Shown in pieces: positions 46,003-55,312 of a DNA stretch of 64,000 bases. Origin of the DNA: Patescibacteria group bacterium (lineage in GTDB: Bacteria > Patescibacteriota > Minisyncoccia > Phycocordibacterales > Phycocordibacteraceae). A program made the position numbers and the translations under genes. The number at the start of each line of letters is the position of its first letter. The stretch's first letter is position 1. A model generated the notes under the pieces. That model was not told the DNA's origin. It made no database searches and was given only the letters and a program-made list of their open reading frames with translations. Location of the stretch: assembly GCA_040384705.1 (NCBI GenBank), contig JAZKIU010000001.1, positions 25,907-89,906 on the forward strand, in the 5' to 3' direction.

Positions 46003-47834
46003 ACGCGCAAGGGCGGAGCCCCTCCCTCTGCCCCTTGCCGTTCCTTCTCACGCTTTATCGCAAGAAGCTGCGAAGGGTCCGATGTGATTATCTGGTCCTC
46101 GGTGTATGACGCAACAACCTTGATGGCGACGTGCTTGAGGCCCGCAAAGAAGAGGCCCTCCCCAACCCCGCTCTCAAGAAGAAGGTACTTCTCCTCATCG
46201 GTGAGGTTGAACGTCTCCTGGAGCACGTCTATCGTCGTTGGTGACTGCTTAAGGAGGAGTTGGAGGGATGAGTTCGTGAGAATAGGGCGGCCATACGGCG
46301 AGCGGAGGAAGTCCTCCACATCCTGGGTGATGGTAGCGAGCCCGAGATAGTACTTGCGTCCGCGCTTGGCGAGGCTGTAGAGGAAGGAGGCGGTGTCCTC
46401 CGACTTCATCATCCACCACGCTTCATCGATGACGAGTAGGCGCTTCTTGAGCTCGTGACGCACCGCGTTCCAGATGAAGTGCGTGATGATGTACATCGCG
46501 ACCGGCTTGAGCTCGTCCTCCATGTCCCGAACCGAGAAGACGATGAACTGCTTATTGATATCGACGTTCGTCGGTCGGTTTATGAATCCGGCCCAGGTGC
46601 CGTGCGTGTATTTGGAAAGCCGGGTAACGAGCGACTCGGATCCCTCCATGCCGGAAAGCACGTTCTCGAAGTCGGAAAGGAGCGGCGGCTCCTGGCCCGT
46701 GAAGTCGTTATCGCCCGTGATGTCCTTCAGCGCGTATGTCTCCGTGATGGCTCGATCGATGATAGCGTCCTCTTCCGGGGTAAGGCCGCCCAGCATGATG
46801 CGGAACAGGCCGACGAGATTGATGATGTTGGACCGGAGGATATCGGAAGGCTCCTCGTCCTCTTTGACCGGCGGCAGGTCGAACGGGTTGATGTGATGCT
46901 CGGAGGAGAGCGAGATGTTGAAGGTACGTCCGCCGGTCGCTTCCGCAAGGTATTCGTACTCGCGTTCCGGGTCAATGACAATGACTTCCGTCTCGAACAT
47001 GAGGGAGCGGAGTATCTCAAGCTTCACCGCGTACGACTTGCCCGAACCTGACTTCGCGAACACGACGGAGTTGTAGTTCTCGAGCGAGAAGCGATCGAAG
47101 AGTATCAAGGATGCATTGTGGCGGTTGATGCCGTACAGGATGCCGCGATCGCTCGTGAGGTCGAAGGAAACGAATGGGAATATCGAGGAAAGCGGCGAAG
47201 AATTGAGCTTGCTGTTCACCTGGAGCTCGTCGAGCGCGAGCGGAAGCGTCGAGCGGTATCCCTGCTCCTGCTGAAAGAGAGCGGGCTTCGTGTATACGAG
47301 CTTGGAGTCGAGGATGCCGCGCACCTCCCCTTCTATCTTGTCGAGCTCCTCCTTGCTGTCGCCGTAGAGCGTGAGATACAGGCCGACATCGAAGAGGCGC
47401 TCCTGCGCCTGCTGCAGCTGGTCGCGCAGGTTCTCGAGGTCCTGGTACGCCGTGTCGAGCATCGGGTCACGCACGAGCCCCTTCGATTCCCTCTCGTTTA
47501 TCTGGCTCTCCACTTCAGCGACCTTCCTCTGGAAGCCACGAAGAGCACCTGCGGTCTCGAGCGGGTGTATGAATATGGCAGCATCGAGCACACGGTCGAG
47601 GTTCACGATTGGCATGAACCAGCCGTCCGAGAGGAAGCGGGGGTATGAAATGGTGTAGAACGAGCGCGAGAACTTCTCCCCGAGTTCGATTTCCCGTGCG
47701 CTCACCTTGAGTGCAGCTGGGGCGATAGCATCAGCAAGATCGAGCTTACCTTCCCGATAGATATCGGCAGGAAGAACGGGCGTCACGCTAGGCGTTTCTT
47801 CTTTCTTGCGGTTGAGGAAATCGAGTAGCGCCAT
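45999..47834 (-). CDS. VirB4-like ATPase
   Basis: Walker A AKSGSGKS, IDPEREY, INPFD, Walker B LVIDEAW, KRGRKY, ITQ. Confidence 0.92.
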   Translation of the reverse strand: MALLDFLNRKKEETPSVTPVLPADIYREGKLDLADAIAPAALKVSAREIELGEKFSRSFYTISYPRFLSDGWFMPIVNLDRVLDAAIFIHPLETAGALRGFQRKVAEVESQINERESKGLVRDPMLDTAYQDLENLRDQLQQAQERLFDVGLYLTLYGDSKEELDKIEGEVRGILDSKLVYTKPALFQQEQGYRSTLPLALDELQVNSKLNSSPLSSIFPFVSFDLTSDRGILYGINRHNASLILFDRFSLENYNSVVFAKSGSGKSYAVKLEILRSLMFETEVIVIDPEREYEYLAEATGGRTFNISLSSEHHINPFDLPPVKEDEEPSDILRSNIINLVGLFRIMLGGLTPEEDAIIDRAITETYALKDITGDNDFTGQEPPLLSDFENVLSGMEGSESLVTRLSKYTHGTWAGFINRPTNVDINKQFIVFSVRDMEDELKPVAMYIITHFIWNAVRHELKKRLLVIDEAWWMMKSEDTASFLYSLAKRGRKYYLGLATITQDVEDFLRSPYGRPILTNSSLQLLLKQSPTTIDVLQETFNLTDEEKYLLLESGVGEGLFFAGLKHVAIKVVASYTEDQIITSDPSQLLAIKREKERQGAEGGAPPLRV

Positions 47835-47836
47835 GA

Positions 47837-48469
47837 TTATTGTTCTAGTCGGATAGGGTTCTCCGTGACGCCAGGATTGAACGAGCGGTACAGGAGTTCG
47901 ATGAGCTCCTCGGTACCGAGCGGTACCGCGCGTATGCCGGCGTTCTGGAGGCCGGACGCGACGAGTCCCATCCGCTGCTCGAGCTGGACGCGGTGCTCAT
48001 CGAAATTATTCGGGCCCGCCTGCTCGGTCGGAGCTGTCGGCTTCTTAAGGAACGGAATGCTGCTCGTTACGGCGCTCGCGATTGCGGGGGTGTATGGCAC
48101 GACGACATAGAAGAGCTTCGTCATGATGTCGCTCGAATCCATGAAGTTCCGTATGAACGCGAGATACTCGCGGAGCTGCAGGCGCATCAGCTCGCTCGTC
48201 TGCGTATCCATCTTGCTCTCGAGCAATGCGAGGTAGGGTCGGATATCCATCTTGCGGGAATGCACGAGTATCTCGACCGAGAAATCGAGCGTGTTCAGGA
48301 AGTTCTGGAACCCTCCGATTATGCCGCGCTGCTCGTCCTCGGATTTGAGGAAGAAGTTCATGGAGGAGCACATGAGGACGCCTCGGTACCCGTCCTCCTT
48401 GAGGATGATGATGCCGTTGCGTACTTCTTCGACCGGCACGAAGGATTGGGTTGCTTTTGGTGTCGCCAT
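47837..48469 (-). CDS. VirB4 N-terminal-like (split) T4SS protein
   Basis: NFFLKSEDEQ..FQNFLNTLDF, FYVVVPY, ELLYRSFNP; between PrgI and VirB4. Confidence 0.7.
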   Translation of the reverse strand: MATPKATQSFVPVEEVRNGIIILKEDGYRGVLMCSSMNFFLKSEDEQRGIIGGFQNFLNTLDFSVEILVHSRKMDIRPYLALLESKMDTQTSELMRLQLREYLAFIRNFMDSSDIMTKLFYVVVPYTPAIASAVTSSIPFLKKPTAPTEQAGPNNFDEHRVQLEQRMGLVASGLQNAGIRAVPLGTEELIELLYRSFNPGVTENPIRLEQ

Positions 48470-48471
48470 GA

Positions 48472-48885
48472 TTAGGGGTTCGTGGGCGGCTGATTGTCCT
48501 TGATATCCAGCGACCAGGCGAGTTCCTGGAGCCGTCCGCGCGAAAGGCCGAGCTTCTGGGGAGCCTGCACCTCGACCGGGGCGACGTATGCCGAGCTGGA
48601 AGTTTTCGCCTCCTTCTTCCAGAGGTAGAGGCGCCCGCCTACGTAGTACTTGAAGCCGGCCTCGAGCATCTCCACGAAGGTCTTGTTGTTCACTTTGTAG
48701 AACGCGAGCGCAGCTGCGAGCGCGACGACGGGTATGGAGAGGATGATACCGAACAGGAGCGGTAGATACAGGAGGAATATTGCGGCAAGTCCCCCGCCGC
48801 CGGCGAGATAGATGAATTGCTTCAGCGTCAGCGGGCCGATTATCTTGTCCTCTACTTCGATGAACTGCGGCACTTGGTATTCCAT
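48472..48885 (-). CDS. PrgI family protein (VirB3-like)
   Basis: YQVPQFIEVEDKIIGPLTLKQF plus two TM helices. Confidence 0.9.
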   Translation of the reverse strand: MEYQVPQFIEVEDKIIGPLTLKQFIYLAGGGGLAAIFLLYLPLLFGIILSIPVVALAAALAFYKVNNKTFVEMLEAGFKYYVGGRLYLWKKEAKTSSSAYVAPVEVQAPQKLGLSRGRLQELAWSLDIKDNQPPTNP

Positions 48886-48946
48886 CGCTATCAGTATAAC
48901 TGATACGGCGCGAGGAAGCAGCGGGTTAAGAAAATAGTTCGCGCTA

Positions 48947-49861
48947 TTACTGCATCGGCTCGCGATATGGGTCTACGCCGTACTGCTTCAGATGGGTGCG
49001 CATAGCAGCTTCAGGGCTTTCGCGCTCAGGAGCTGGTTGGGTAGTTGGAGGAACGGATGCAGCGACTTGCGGGCGCGGTGCTTCGGCTGCTACCCATGCG
49101 GGAGGTGCGGGATGCGCAACGCGTATAGGATCGACACCGTCCTTGAGTGCTTTCATATCGCGCGCCATTGTGTGGATGACCCGGGCATTCGTGTCGAGCG
49201 GCTGGGCTTCTGGCATGGGAATCGAGACAGCAGGAGTTGGCGCCGGGTTTGGAGGAGGAGGAACGGGACGCTCGGGCATCTGGCCCGGCAATATCTGCGG
49301 AGGTGGGACTTGCTTGGGTGCCACTGGTTTCTCTATCGCTTTCTCGATGTACGAAGGCGGAGCGGAGACCGCAGGCAATGGGCTATATACAGGAATCATA
49401 GGAGAAGGGTGGGGTGCGGCAGGTGCAGGTGCCACATATATAGGTATCTCTTTAGCAACCGGAGCAGCAATAGTCGCAGGCACCAGGTCTTTAGATCCGG
49501 TGTCGCTTCCCCGCCGCTCTTCTTCGCGTAAACGCATGAAAACATCCTTATTCACATCTTCCACGAGCCCATTCACTTTCTCGGGAGAGATGCCTGCTTC
49601 ACGCAGCGAAACCACAAATTCCGGTGGCGAAGAAATACCTAGAAGCATGAATATAAATGCCCGCTCAAATTCCCCCGCTTGATCGGCATGAAGACCATAC
49701 TTCTTTGATAGTTCCAACACGACGCGAGCGCGCTCGCTACCAGTTATGAATTCTTGCACAGGCTTAGGTAGCTCGGCCACCAGTGTGGCAATAGCGTCTT
49801 CGACGGACATTTTCTCGGAATTAGGCGTTACGTTGGTCGGTTCCATATCTGAAATCATCAA
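48947..49861 (-). CDS. Hypothetical protein with Pro-rich linker and C-terminal DPYREP motif
   Basis: Helical N-domain, long Pro-rich tract, YGVDPYREPMQ. Confidence 0.7.
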   Translation of the reverse strand: MMISDMEPTNVTPNSEKMSVEDAIATLVAELPKPVQEFITGSERARVVLELSKKYGLHADQAGEFERAFIFMLLGISSPPEFVVSLREAGISPEKVNGLVEDVNKDVFMRLREEERRGSDTGSKDLVPATIAAPVAKEIPIYVAPAPAAPHPSPMIPVYSPLPAVSAPPSYIEKAIEKPVAPKQVPPPQILPGQMPERPVPPPPNPAPTPAVSIPMPEAQPLDTNARVIHTMARDMKALKDGVDPIRVAHPAPPAWVAAEAPRPQVAASVPPTTQPAPERESPEAAMRTHLKQYGVDPYREPMQ

Positions 49862-52131
49862 TGCGCTCCACCTCCACCTCCACCTCCACCTCCACTAGCC
49901 GGTGCCCCACCCCCACCTATTTTGCTGCCGAGTCCGGCTATAGCATCTATCACCCTCTGATTTTCTGATTTATCAATACTCTTCAGTATCTCTGCAGCAG
50001 CCTCATGGTTTGCGTGGGCGTCGGCCGTCGGCCAAGGCAGGCCTCTATGCTCGATATTCTTAGCAAACTCGCGCTTCGGCACATTTGAATCCACGTCTTT
50101 CATCGCTCGATCGATATCTTCGATTTCACGATCGATTCGGCGCGCAGTTGCCTTCTGGTCCTTCTCAAACAACGCCTTACGAGCCTTCAAGCTCTTTGCC
50201 AACGCTTCATTTGTGGGCCCACCAGCACTTTCAGCTGCTGCAATTTCAACCTGGAGCGTGTCAGTTTGTTCCTCCGTCTGGCGCTGCAGGATTTTCTTCT
50301 CGGCTTCCTTGCTGTTCTTCTGATTCTTCAGCTTATTCTCTGCGGATTTTTCCTCATCTGTTTGCTTAAGCTTGCCGGCATAGTCAGTGCGCTCCTTTTT
50401 CGCTTTCTCCTCTATCCCATGCCAGCCATGAGATGCGTCTTTACCAACCTTCCCAAAATCAAGATGTGCACCCTTCCCAGCAGCGGTAGCAACGCCTCGC
50501 ATGCTGTAGCTCGCTGCCGCACCTTTGCTAAAGGTGTTGTAGACGCCTCGTCCAAATTGACTGTTCCTCGCCCACTTGGTCTTTCCGATACGCTCAGCAA
50601 CTACGCCCGACGCCGCACCAACCGTGCGTCGTCCCAGGAAGCCATACGTCCCAAGCACCGCTCCGCCCGCCTTCTGCGTCGCGAAGTCAGCGCCCACTGC
50701 TCCCATACGCTTGGCGACCACTAGTGAGGCAACCATGAACGCGATGACTATCGCGAACATGACGAAGACCTGGGGAGCATTCATTCCGCCATTGATGAGC
50801 GCGAGCGCGAACGAATCCCCGTTATCTGTACCGACGAGCCCCTCGACTATCTTCAGGCTGATGAGGACGAGAAGGAGGTAGACGGGAGCGAAGAACGCAT
50901 TCGATAGAAGCTGCTTCCACCAGCTGCGTGCGAATTCTTGAAGCGGCGGGATGGCCATTCCCGCGAATCCAATAGGCGAAAGGACCATGAGAAGGCAGAG
51001 CATCACCGCACGCATGATGAGCATTATCGCTGCGGCAAGCAGGACGACGGCAGTGATGGTGACGAAGATCGTGAGACCTACGTATACCGGAGCGTGCTTC
51101 TCCGGACGATTGCTGAAGTCCCCGATACCCTGCGGGCTCCATATGCTGGATATGCCGGCCATATGGATGACTTGCCCCGCGATGCCGTTATTCGCGCACG
51201 CCTCTTTTCCTTGCTCGTCATTGCCCGAGCAGCCGGAGAGGCCAGCCTGTGTCGTGAACACGGAAGCGAAACTGTTGGATACGTCGATGATGATCTGCGT
51301 GGCGAAGAGGCTGAAGTTGAGAAGCACTGCGAAGATAATGAGTCGTGCGATGGTCTTACCCCCTGCGAATTCATTATGGCTATCGATTATCTTCATCAGC
51401 CCCATGAATATGAATCCGAAGAGCAGAAGAATGTTCGCAATATCACGGAGTATTCCCCAGGCGATGAGCATCCCCGGAGAGGTTCCAAAGTAACTACCGA
51501 ACTCGAAGACTGTCTTTATCACTACCCAATTAAAGAGACCGCCCACCACCCAGAGCATGAAGCTGGCGATGATGAGGAGCACACTCGCGATGGAGCCGAT
51601 AATCGTTCCCATAAGGCCCGCGAGGCCCTCTGCGACGCATGAGCCGATATCCCCAAAACTTTTGAGGCTACAATTGCTTGTGGAATCAGGGTTCGCGTCC
51701 ACATTCGCGTTATTTTGCTCCCCAGTCTGCTTAGCATCGACCGCACTTGCATCTCTAGAGTCATCGGTCCCAATGAGCTTCCCATCCGCGTCGTAGTTCT
51801 TCACTTCCTGCCCCGCCAGTGCTCCGGGGGTTATCGTCGTGTACGAGCCGTCCTTAAACGTAACCTTGCACGTGCCAGCTGAGCCAAGCGCCCCCCCACA
51901 AGCTGTGGTGCTTCCGTCAGCATTCGCACGCGTGCAGCCGGTATTCCCCGTGGTGGCGCCGCACGGGCTTTCATCAACCGATGCGTGGCTAATGGATGTA
52001 ACGGATGTCTGAGCGAGAGCTGCTGCTGGAATAAAAAGACACGCTGAAGCTGCCGCCAGAAGCGCTCCACAAATGATTAGGGCCTTAAGATGGTCAGTTC
52101 GTGCACCTTGATCCTTCGGAAGTGTGCGCAT
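49858..52131 (-). CDS. VirB6/TrbL-like polytopic membrane protein
   Basis: WGILRDIAN, LLNFSLF..IIDVSN, LSPIGF, WWKQLL..F.APVYL; coiled-coil and poly-Gly tail; start set at ATG 52131. Confidence 0.75.
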   Translation of the reverse strand: MRTLPKDQGARTDHLKALIICGALLAAASACLFIPAAALAQTSVTSISHASVDESPCGATTGNTGCTRANADGSTTACGGALGSAGTCKVTFKDGSYTTITPGALAGQEVKNYDADGKLIGTDDSRDASAVDAKQTGEQNNANVDANPDSTSNCSLKSFGDIGSCVAEGLAGLMGTIIGSIASVLLIIASFMLWVVGGLFNWVVIKTVFEFGSYFGTSPGMLIAWGILRDIANILLLFGFIFMGLMKIIDSHNEFAGGKTIARLIIFAVLLNFSLFATQIIIDVSNSFASVFTTQAGLSGCSGNDEQGKEACANNGIAGQVIHMAGISSIWSPQGIGDFSNRPEKHAPVYVGLTIFVTITAVVLLAAAIMLIMRAVMLCLLMVLSPIGFAGMAIPPLQEFARSWWKQLLSNAFFAPVYLLLVLISLKIVEGLVGTDNGDSFALALINGGMNAPQVFVMFAIVIAFMVASLVVAKRMGAVGADFATQKAGGAVLGTYGFLGRRTVGAASGVVAERIGKTKWARNSQFGRGVYNTFSKGAAASYSMRGVATAAGKGAHLDFGKVGKDASHGWHGIEEKAKKERTDYAGKLKQTDEEKSAENKLKNQKNSKEAEKKILQRQTEEQTDTLQVEIAAAESAGGPTNEALAKSLKARKALFEKDQKATARRIDREIEDIDRAMKDVDSNVPKREFAKNIEHRGLPWPTADAHANHEAAAEILKSIDKSENQRVIDAIAGLGSKIGGGGAPASGGGGGGGGGAH

Positions 52132-52133
52132 GA

Positions 52134-53474
52134 TTAGTTCGACGGACAAGCGCGTGCTTGGCGTATCTGTACGAGCTGACTATAGAGTGAGCCAGATACA
52201 GTGCTTGCGGCCGCTTGCGCAGCTGCTGTTTCCGTGGCTGTAGGGACAACACTCGCTATCACGTCGGTGGTGACGCCTGGCTGACGTAGTACTGACGTGG
52301 CGGTGCTTACGCGTGACTGCGCGATCACTGAATCCTGAACGGCCTTAAGGGCGACGCTTGACTCGGGACATTTCTGGACAGCTGCCTGTGCCGCTGTACC
52401 AATCGTTTGCCAGCTCGTCTCATACGTCGCGAGGCGTGACTGCGCTGCAGCGTCTACCGTACCTCCCGTTTGTTGATTGGGAGCGGTCGCTTGATTCAGG
52501 ATAGAACTACCACCACCGCTCGATGGTGCGGAAACGCCGAGGAGTCCCGTCTTCCCGATGACCTGCGTCACCAGCTGCTGCATGAGCGCGCCGATTATCT
52601 CATCTATCTCGTCGGCGGCGACGAGCCCTTCCATACTCTTCGGAAGTGCTGCATTGAGCTGCGACGATATAACGCTTCCCGGGGTCTTTATCTCCCGATA
52701 CAGACAGTTATCGACTTCCGCGAGCGATGTCGCGCTCCCACCCTCGGCAAGATCGGTCGCGTCTACCCCATCAGCCTTTTGGGCCGCGGTCAGGCTATCG
52801 GAATCGATGAGGCAATCCCCGCGGTACGACATGAACCCATCACCCCAATCAAGTTCGGTTATCCGTTCTCCCTGGGCGCTCGAGAGCCGTCGGTCGAGTT
52901 CGCCGAGCGCGAGCTGGTACGCGCCATACGGATTGTTCTGCTGGTTCATCGTGGTCGAGAACCATGCGGAGAGCCCGCCCTGCGAGAAGTCGCCACGAAG
53001 GAATGCGTCCGGATCCGAGCTGTACTGGTCGAGGGTGAACGGATTCCGGACGTAGAAGGAGCCTCCAGTAGAAAGGTAGTAGCCGGTGCGGACCGCTGTC
53101 ACTATCTCGTCCTGATAGGGCGAATCCACTATCCCGTCCGCGAGCTCGTCGAAAAACCTCCCCGCGACCGCGTCACCTACCCGCAGCAGGTTCTGCCGTA
53201 GATTAGTCGCGAATGCCGGAGAGCCCTGGAAGCCGGAATTTATCCACGTTACCAGGCTTCTCGTCATGGCGGATACCGCAGACTTCGCTATCATCCAGGC
53301 GATACCATCTGCGATAGTGTCCTTTCCGAAATGGGCCGCCTGGAAGGCAGTATTCAAAACATCGCCGACTGGGAGGAAGGCGTGCGCCGGGCGCGGTGCG
53401 ACCGCGACCCCCATCGGCAGGACGATACTGAAAGCTACGAGTAGCGAAATGAGGGTGCGGGTGAATCGTGCCAT
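52134..53474 (-). CDS. Secreted helical hypothetical protein of the T4SS-like cluster
   Basis: Signal peptide ending PAHA; WINSGFQGSPAF, QNNPYG, IKTPGSVI, ADEIDEII. Confidence 0.75.
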   Translation of the reverse strand: MARFTRTLISLLVAFSIVLPMGVAVAPRPAHAFLPVGDVLNTAFQAAHFGKDTIADGIAWMIAKSAVSAMTRSLVTWINSGFQGSPAFATNLRQNLLRVGDAVAGRFFDELADGIVDSPYQDEIVTAVRTGYYLSTGGSFYVRNPFTLDQYSSDPDAFLRGDFSQGGLSAWFSTTMNQQNNPYGAYQLALGELDRRLSSAQGERITELDWGDGFMSYRGDCLIDSDSLTAAQKADGVDATDLAEGGSATSLAEVDNCLYREIKTPGSVISSQLNAALPKSMEGLVAADEIDEIIGALMQQLVTQVIGKTGLLGVSAPSSGGGSSILNQATAPNQQTGGTVDAAAQSRLATYETSWQTIGTAAQAAVQKCPESSVALKAVQDSVIAQSRVSTATSVLRQPGVTTDVIASVVPTATETAAAQAAASTVSGSLYSQLVQIRQARACPSN

Positions 53475-53480
53475 ATACGT

Positions 53481-54467
53481 TTACGGTTGTTGGGAAGCGC
53501 GGAGCGCGGTCGCGTCAGCTGCACCTTTCACGTACTCCTCCCCTGCTGCGCCGGGTGTGAGCGAGAGGCCAGCTGCTCGGAACACTGCATCCTGCGCAGA
53601 TAGTGCGTCAACGAGTGCGTTCGAATAGGTCCGGTGCACGCCGAAGCCGAGCAGCGCGAGTATCGGATCGGTGCTTATCGTAGAGAGGTCTTCGGTAGCG
53701 CGACCCAGTCCCATGAATGCATTCGCAAGCGCGAGATGAGACTGGGCGGCTTCGGCAGGCACGCTTATCTGGATAAGCGCCTCCCCTATCGCTGCATACC
53801 CGACGGCTATTTCCTTCATGCGACGCGGGGCGGCCGCATCGTTGTCTTCTATATAGCGCTCAACATGGTCGAGCTCTGACGCGCCTGTGTTCGCTGCATT
53901 CTGCTCAATCGCATTCTCGACAGCGGCGACGTAAGTCGCGAGGCTGGTCCCGGCCACTATTTTGATATCTTTGGTATCAAAAGCGTTCTTCGCCGTCGCT
54001 TCCGCGGTCAATTCTTTTATCGCGCTCTCGACGAACGCAAGCATCTCTTCCTCCCTAGGAGGGGTCGCTCCACGCGTCGAGAGATACTGCGCGAGGAATT
54101 TCTGCGCGAATCGCTCGGTGAGCGATGAGGGTGCAGCCGAGGTGCCCGGGAATTCCCCGTCATCCTTGGGCGCTTCAAGGGATTTCGGTGTCAGGAGACC
54201 TTGATTGACTGCTTCACCGTCCTGAATGTCAGCTCTGAAGGAAGTCGGATTCAACGGATCGGTGCCGTAGAGGGACTCCTGCCAATCCTGTAGCCCGTCA
54301 GCGTCCGTATCCTTCGCCGCATACGCACGAAGCAATTCCTCGCTCGATTCAGCCGTCACGGTGTTGATGAACGGGATAGGGCCCGAGAGTACGTACGCAC
54401 CAGCCATCAGCGTTACCGCTATGACCGAAGCGATGATGATTGGGACGGTACGGGTAGAATGAGCCAC
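53481..54467 (-). CDS. Membrane-anchored protein with a DxDxDG Ca-binding (TSP3-like) motif
   Basis: TM helix, KDTDADGLQDWQESLYGTDP, helical C-domain. Confidence 0.75.
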   Translation of the reverse strand: MAHSTRTVPIIIASVIAVTLMAGAYVLSGPIPFINTVTAESSEELLRAYAAKDTDADGLQDWQESLYGTDPLNPTSFRADIQDGEAVNQGLLTPKSLEAPKDDGEFPGTSAAPSSLTERFAQKFLAQYLSTRGATPPREEEMLAFVESAIKELTAEATAKNAFDTKDIKIVAGTSLATYVAAVENAIEQNAANTGASELDHVERYIEDNDAAAPRRMKEIAVGYAAIGEALIQISVPAEAAQSHLALANAFMGLGRATEDLSTISTDPILALLGFGVHRTYSNALVDALSAQDAVFRAAGLSLTPGAAGEEYVKGAADATALRASQQP

Positions 54468-54530
54468 GGTAATAGGCTCATACTATCACGCAGGTATGCG
54501 GTCGTTCAGGCCGCTTTCACGAAATGTGCA

Positions 54531-55310
54531 TTAGTGCGCAAGCACTTTTGCAATCAAGAGCCAGGCGGAGAGAGGAAGGTCCTCCGCACGCACGGTCGGA
54601 GCTATGGAAAGTGAGGAAAGCACGGATACCACTTCATCTTTAGGGGCTACGGCCTCCAGATTCCCGGCTAGCTGCTTACGCTTGTGGGCGAAGCCGGCGT
54701 GCAGTATCTCAAAGAATCTCGACTCCTCGCCTTCATTCGCGAACGAGCCGCCAGAAATCCCGGTTATCGAAAGGACGGCAGAATCTATGGTCGGAGCAGG
54801 CTTGAAAGCTCCCTTAGGCACCGTGAACCTATATATAGGAGTGCCATATGCCTTTACCGACAAGGAAAGCAGGCTTTCCTTAGGGTCCCGCACGATGCGT
54901 TCTGCCACCTCCTTCTGCACGAGGAGTGTCATAGAGCTCGGTTTAGGGCTTCCGGAGAGGAAGGTCCTGATTATCTCGCCGGTTATGTAGTACGGAATAT
55001 TCGCTACCAGATGATACGGCTGCGGAAGGATCGACGGGTCGAACGAGCGGATATCGGCATGGATGAGCTCAAGCTTCCCCTCCCCAAGCTCCGTCTCAAA
55101 CGTTCCTCGAAGCTCTTCGATGAGGGTGTGGTCCGCTTCGACCGCGATCACCTTCCCCACCTTCGCGAGCAGGGCTCTCGTGAGCATACCGGTCCCCGGC
55201 CCTATCTCGAGTACTGTCGCGTCAGAAGGAAGATCTGCCGCATGTACGATGCGGTCCGCCGTCTGCTGATGCATCAGGAAATTCTGGCCGAGGGATTTCT
55301 TTGCGAACAT
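54531..55310 (-). CDS. rsmA: 16S rRNA dimethyltransferase RsmA/KsgA
   Basis: KKSLGQNFL, LEIGPGTG, VANIPYYIT, QKEVAER. Confidence 0.97.
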   Translation of the reverse strand: MFAKKSLGQNFLMHQQTADRIVHAADLPSDATVLEIGPGTGMLTRALLAKVGKVIAVEADHTLIEELRGTFETELGEGKLELIHADIRSFDPSILPQPYHLVANIPYYITGEIIRTFLSGSPKPSSMTLLVQKEVAERIVRDPKESLLSLSVKAYGTPIYRFTVPKGAFKPAPTIDSAVLSITGISGGSFANEGEESRFFEILHAGFAHKRKQLAGNLEAVAPKDEVVSVLSSLSIAPTVRAEDLPLSAWLLIAKVLAH

Positions 55311-55312
55311 AG

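Noticed and set aside
45999-48885. PrgI-VirB4 as an integrative conjugative element
   Set aside because: No relaxase, coupling protein, integrase or boundaries in the window; treated as a resident system
49866-49895. CCTCCA tandem repeat as a contingency locus
   Set aside because: In-frame hexamer encoding a poly-Gly tail; length change would not shift the frame
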